Part shown: positions 63,171 to 64,000 of the stretch, piece by piece
Position numbering within the stretch: the first letter of the stretch is position 1
Layout of the letters: every line of letters begins with the position of its first letter
Notes under the pieces: model-generated
Seen by the model: only the letters and a program-made list of their open reading frames with translations
What the model was told of the DNA's origin: nothing
The model's database searches: none
Translations under genes and position numbers: made by a program
Origin: Candidatus Latescibacterota bacterium
GTDB taxonomy: Bacteria > Latescibacterota > UBA2968 > GCA-2709665
Assembly: GCA_965237675.1 (NCBI GenBank)
Contig: OZ250150.1
Coordinates: forward strand, 1,440,001-1,504,000
DNA: 64,000 bases
Direction: 5' to 3'

Positions 63171-64000
63171 GCCAACTGACGTTCTTCACGGAATTCAGCC
63201 AGCAGATCCTCATAAACCCGCAGGCTGTCGCGCGCCAGGTTTGCCCAGGAGAGTTGATTTCGCGATACCTGCAGGGATTTTTCGCCGTGCCGTTCCCGCA
63301 GCTCGGGGTTTTCGGCATAGCGCAACATCGCCCGCGCGAGGCTGGCACGGTCATCGGGCGCAAACGGCAGGCCGTTATCCCTTTCAACGAGGTAGGATGT
63401 TGCGAGATGGTCGGGCGCGATGAGAGGACGCCCGCAGCCGAGGATCTCCTTCATGCCGCCCAGTTTGCCCGGCATCACGCCCACGTCGGCGGCATTGTAG
63501 CAGGCGCAGAGGTCGCGTTCGGCCATCCACTTCAGGAAAATCACGGCGCCGTCCACGTTCAGGTCTTTCACCAGGCCGTGAAGTTGCGCTTCGTATTCCG
63601 GGGTTCCGGAGCCGGCGATCGCCAGTCTTGTGGAAGGGCAGCGGCGGTGGATGTCCGCAAAGGCCCTGAAAAAGAGCTCAAATCCCTTGCCCGGCGTCAG
63701 CCGCCCGGAGGTAATGAATACACAGGCATCGTCGGGAACTGCCAATTTACTTCGCCATTCCTTGCGTTTCACCGGATCGGGGCAGAATGTGTCGGTATTG
63801 ATACCCAACGGAAGCAGGTGAACGCTCTCAGGCCGCGCCGCATACACCTCCTTCACGAACTGTTCCGCAAAAGGATTGGACGTGAAGATCATGCTCCCCA
63901 GGCGGCCGAGGTGTCTGCATACCTGCTTGCCAACCCCGAATCGGATGATGTTGCCCGGTCCTGCGGGCAGGTTTCCATTGTCGGAATGGTCATCTCCAAC
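63167..64000 (-). CDS. GT4 glycosyltransferase, 5' end beyond the window
   Basis: PLGINTDTFCP, GRLTPGKG, YNAADVGVMP; frame open to the window edge. Confidence 0.88.
   Translation of the reverse strand, partial: VGDDHSDNGNLPAGPGNIIRFGVGKQVCRHLGRLGSMIFTSNPFAEQFVKEVYAARPESVHLLPLGINTDTFCPDPVKRKEWRSKLAVPDDACVFITSGRLTPGKGFELFFRAFADIHRRCPSTRLAIAGSGTPEYEAQLHGLVKDLNVDGAVIFLKWMAERDLCACYNAADVGVMPGKLGGMKEILGCGRPLIAPDHLATSYLVERDNGLPFAPDDRASLARAMLRYAENPELRERHGEKSLQVSRNQLSWANLARDSLRVYEDLLAEFREERQLA

Noticed and set aside
1-64000. rRNA, tRNA, prophage or integron
   Set aside because: No recognisable signatures, integrase or structural phage genes seen by eye; a covariance-model scan was not possible

Overview
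High-GC bacterial accessory region with no rRNA, tRNA or CRISPR array detected by eye. The eukaryote-like and adhesin repeats (LRR, cadherin, FN3, TPR, GOLPH3-like), EF-hand dockerin-like motifs and glycan/sugar-acid catabolic genes resemble animal (e.g. sponge) symbiont genomes; this is an inference only. Coding content: alpha carbonic anhydrase, NCS2 permease with an extra C-terminal domain, a ~3050-codon cadherin/FN3/LRR/zinc-protease surface gene split by one TAG, two tandem LivJ-like lipoproteins, three type II toxin-antitoxin pairs (HicAB, Phd/VapC, BrnTA), an XRE / DUF4258-like / HEPN cluster whose HEPN gene is hit by an IS1380, a MITE and a nonsense codon, a catabolic cluster, sigma54-type hsp20, an IS1595 element carrying a methyltransferase-HNH fusion, and a duplicated membrane-TPR / GT-C-like glycosylation locus. 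The most striking unexplained signal is non-coding. Five dispersed ~175-bp elements share a covarying stem, two fixed-length hypervariable segments (about 30 and exactly 35 nt) and a terminal triple-helix-compatible motif. They are embedded in a modular mosaic of REP-like and other intergenic repeats.
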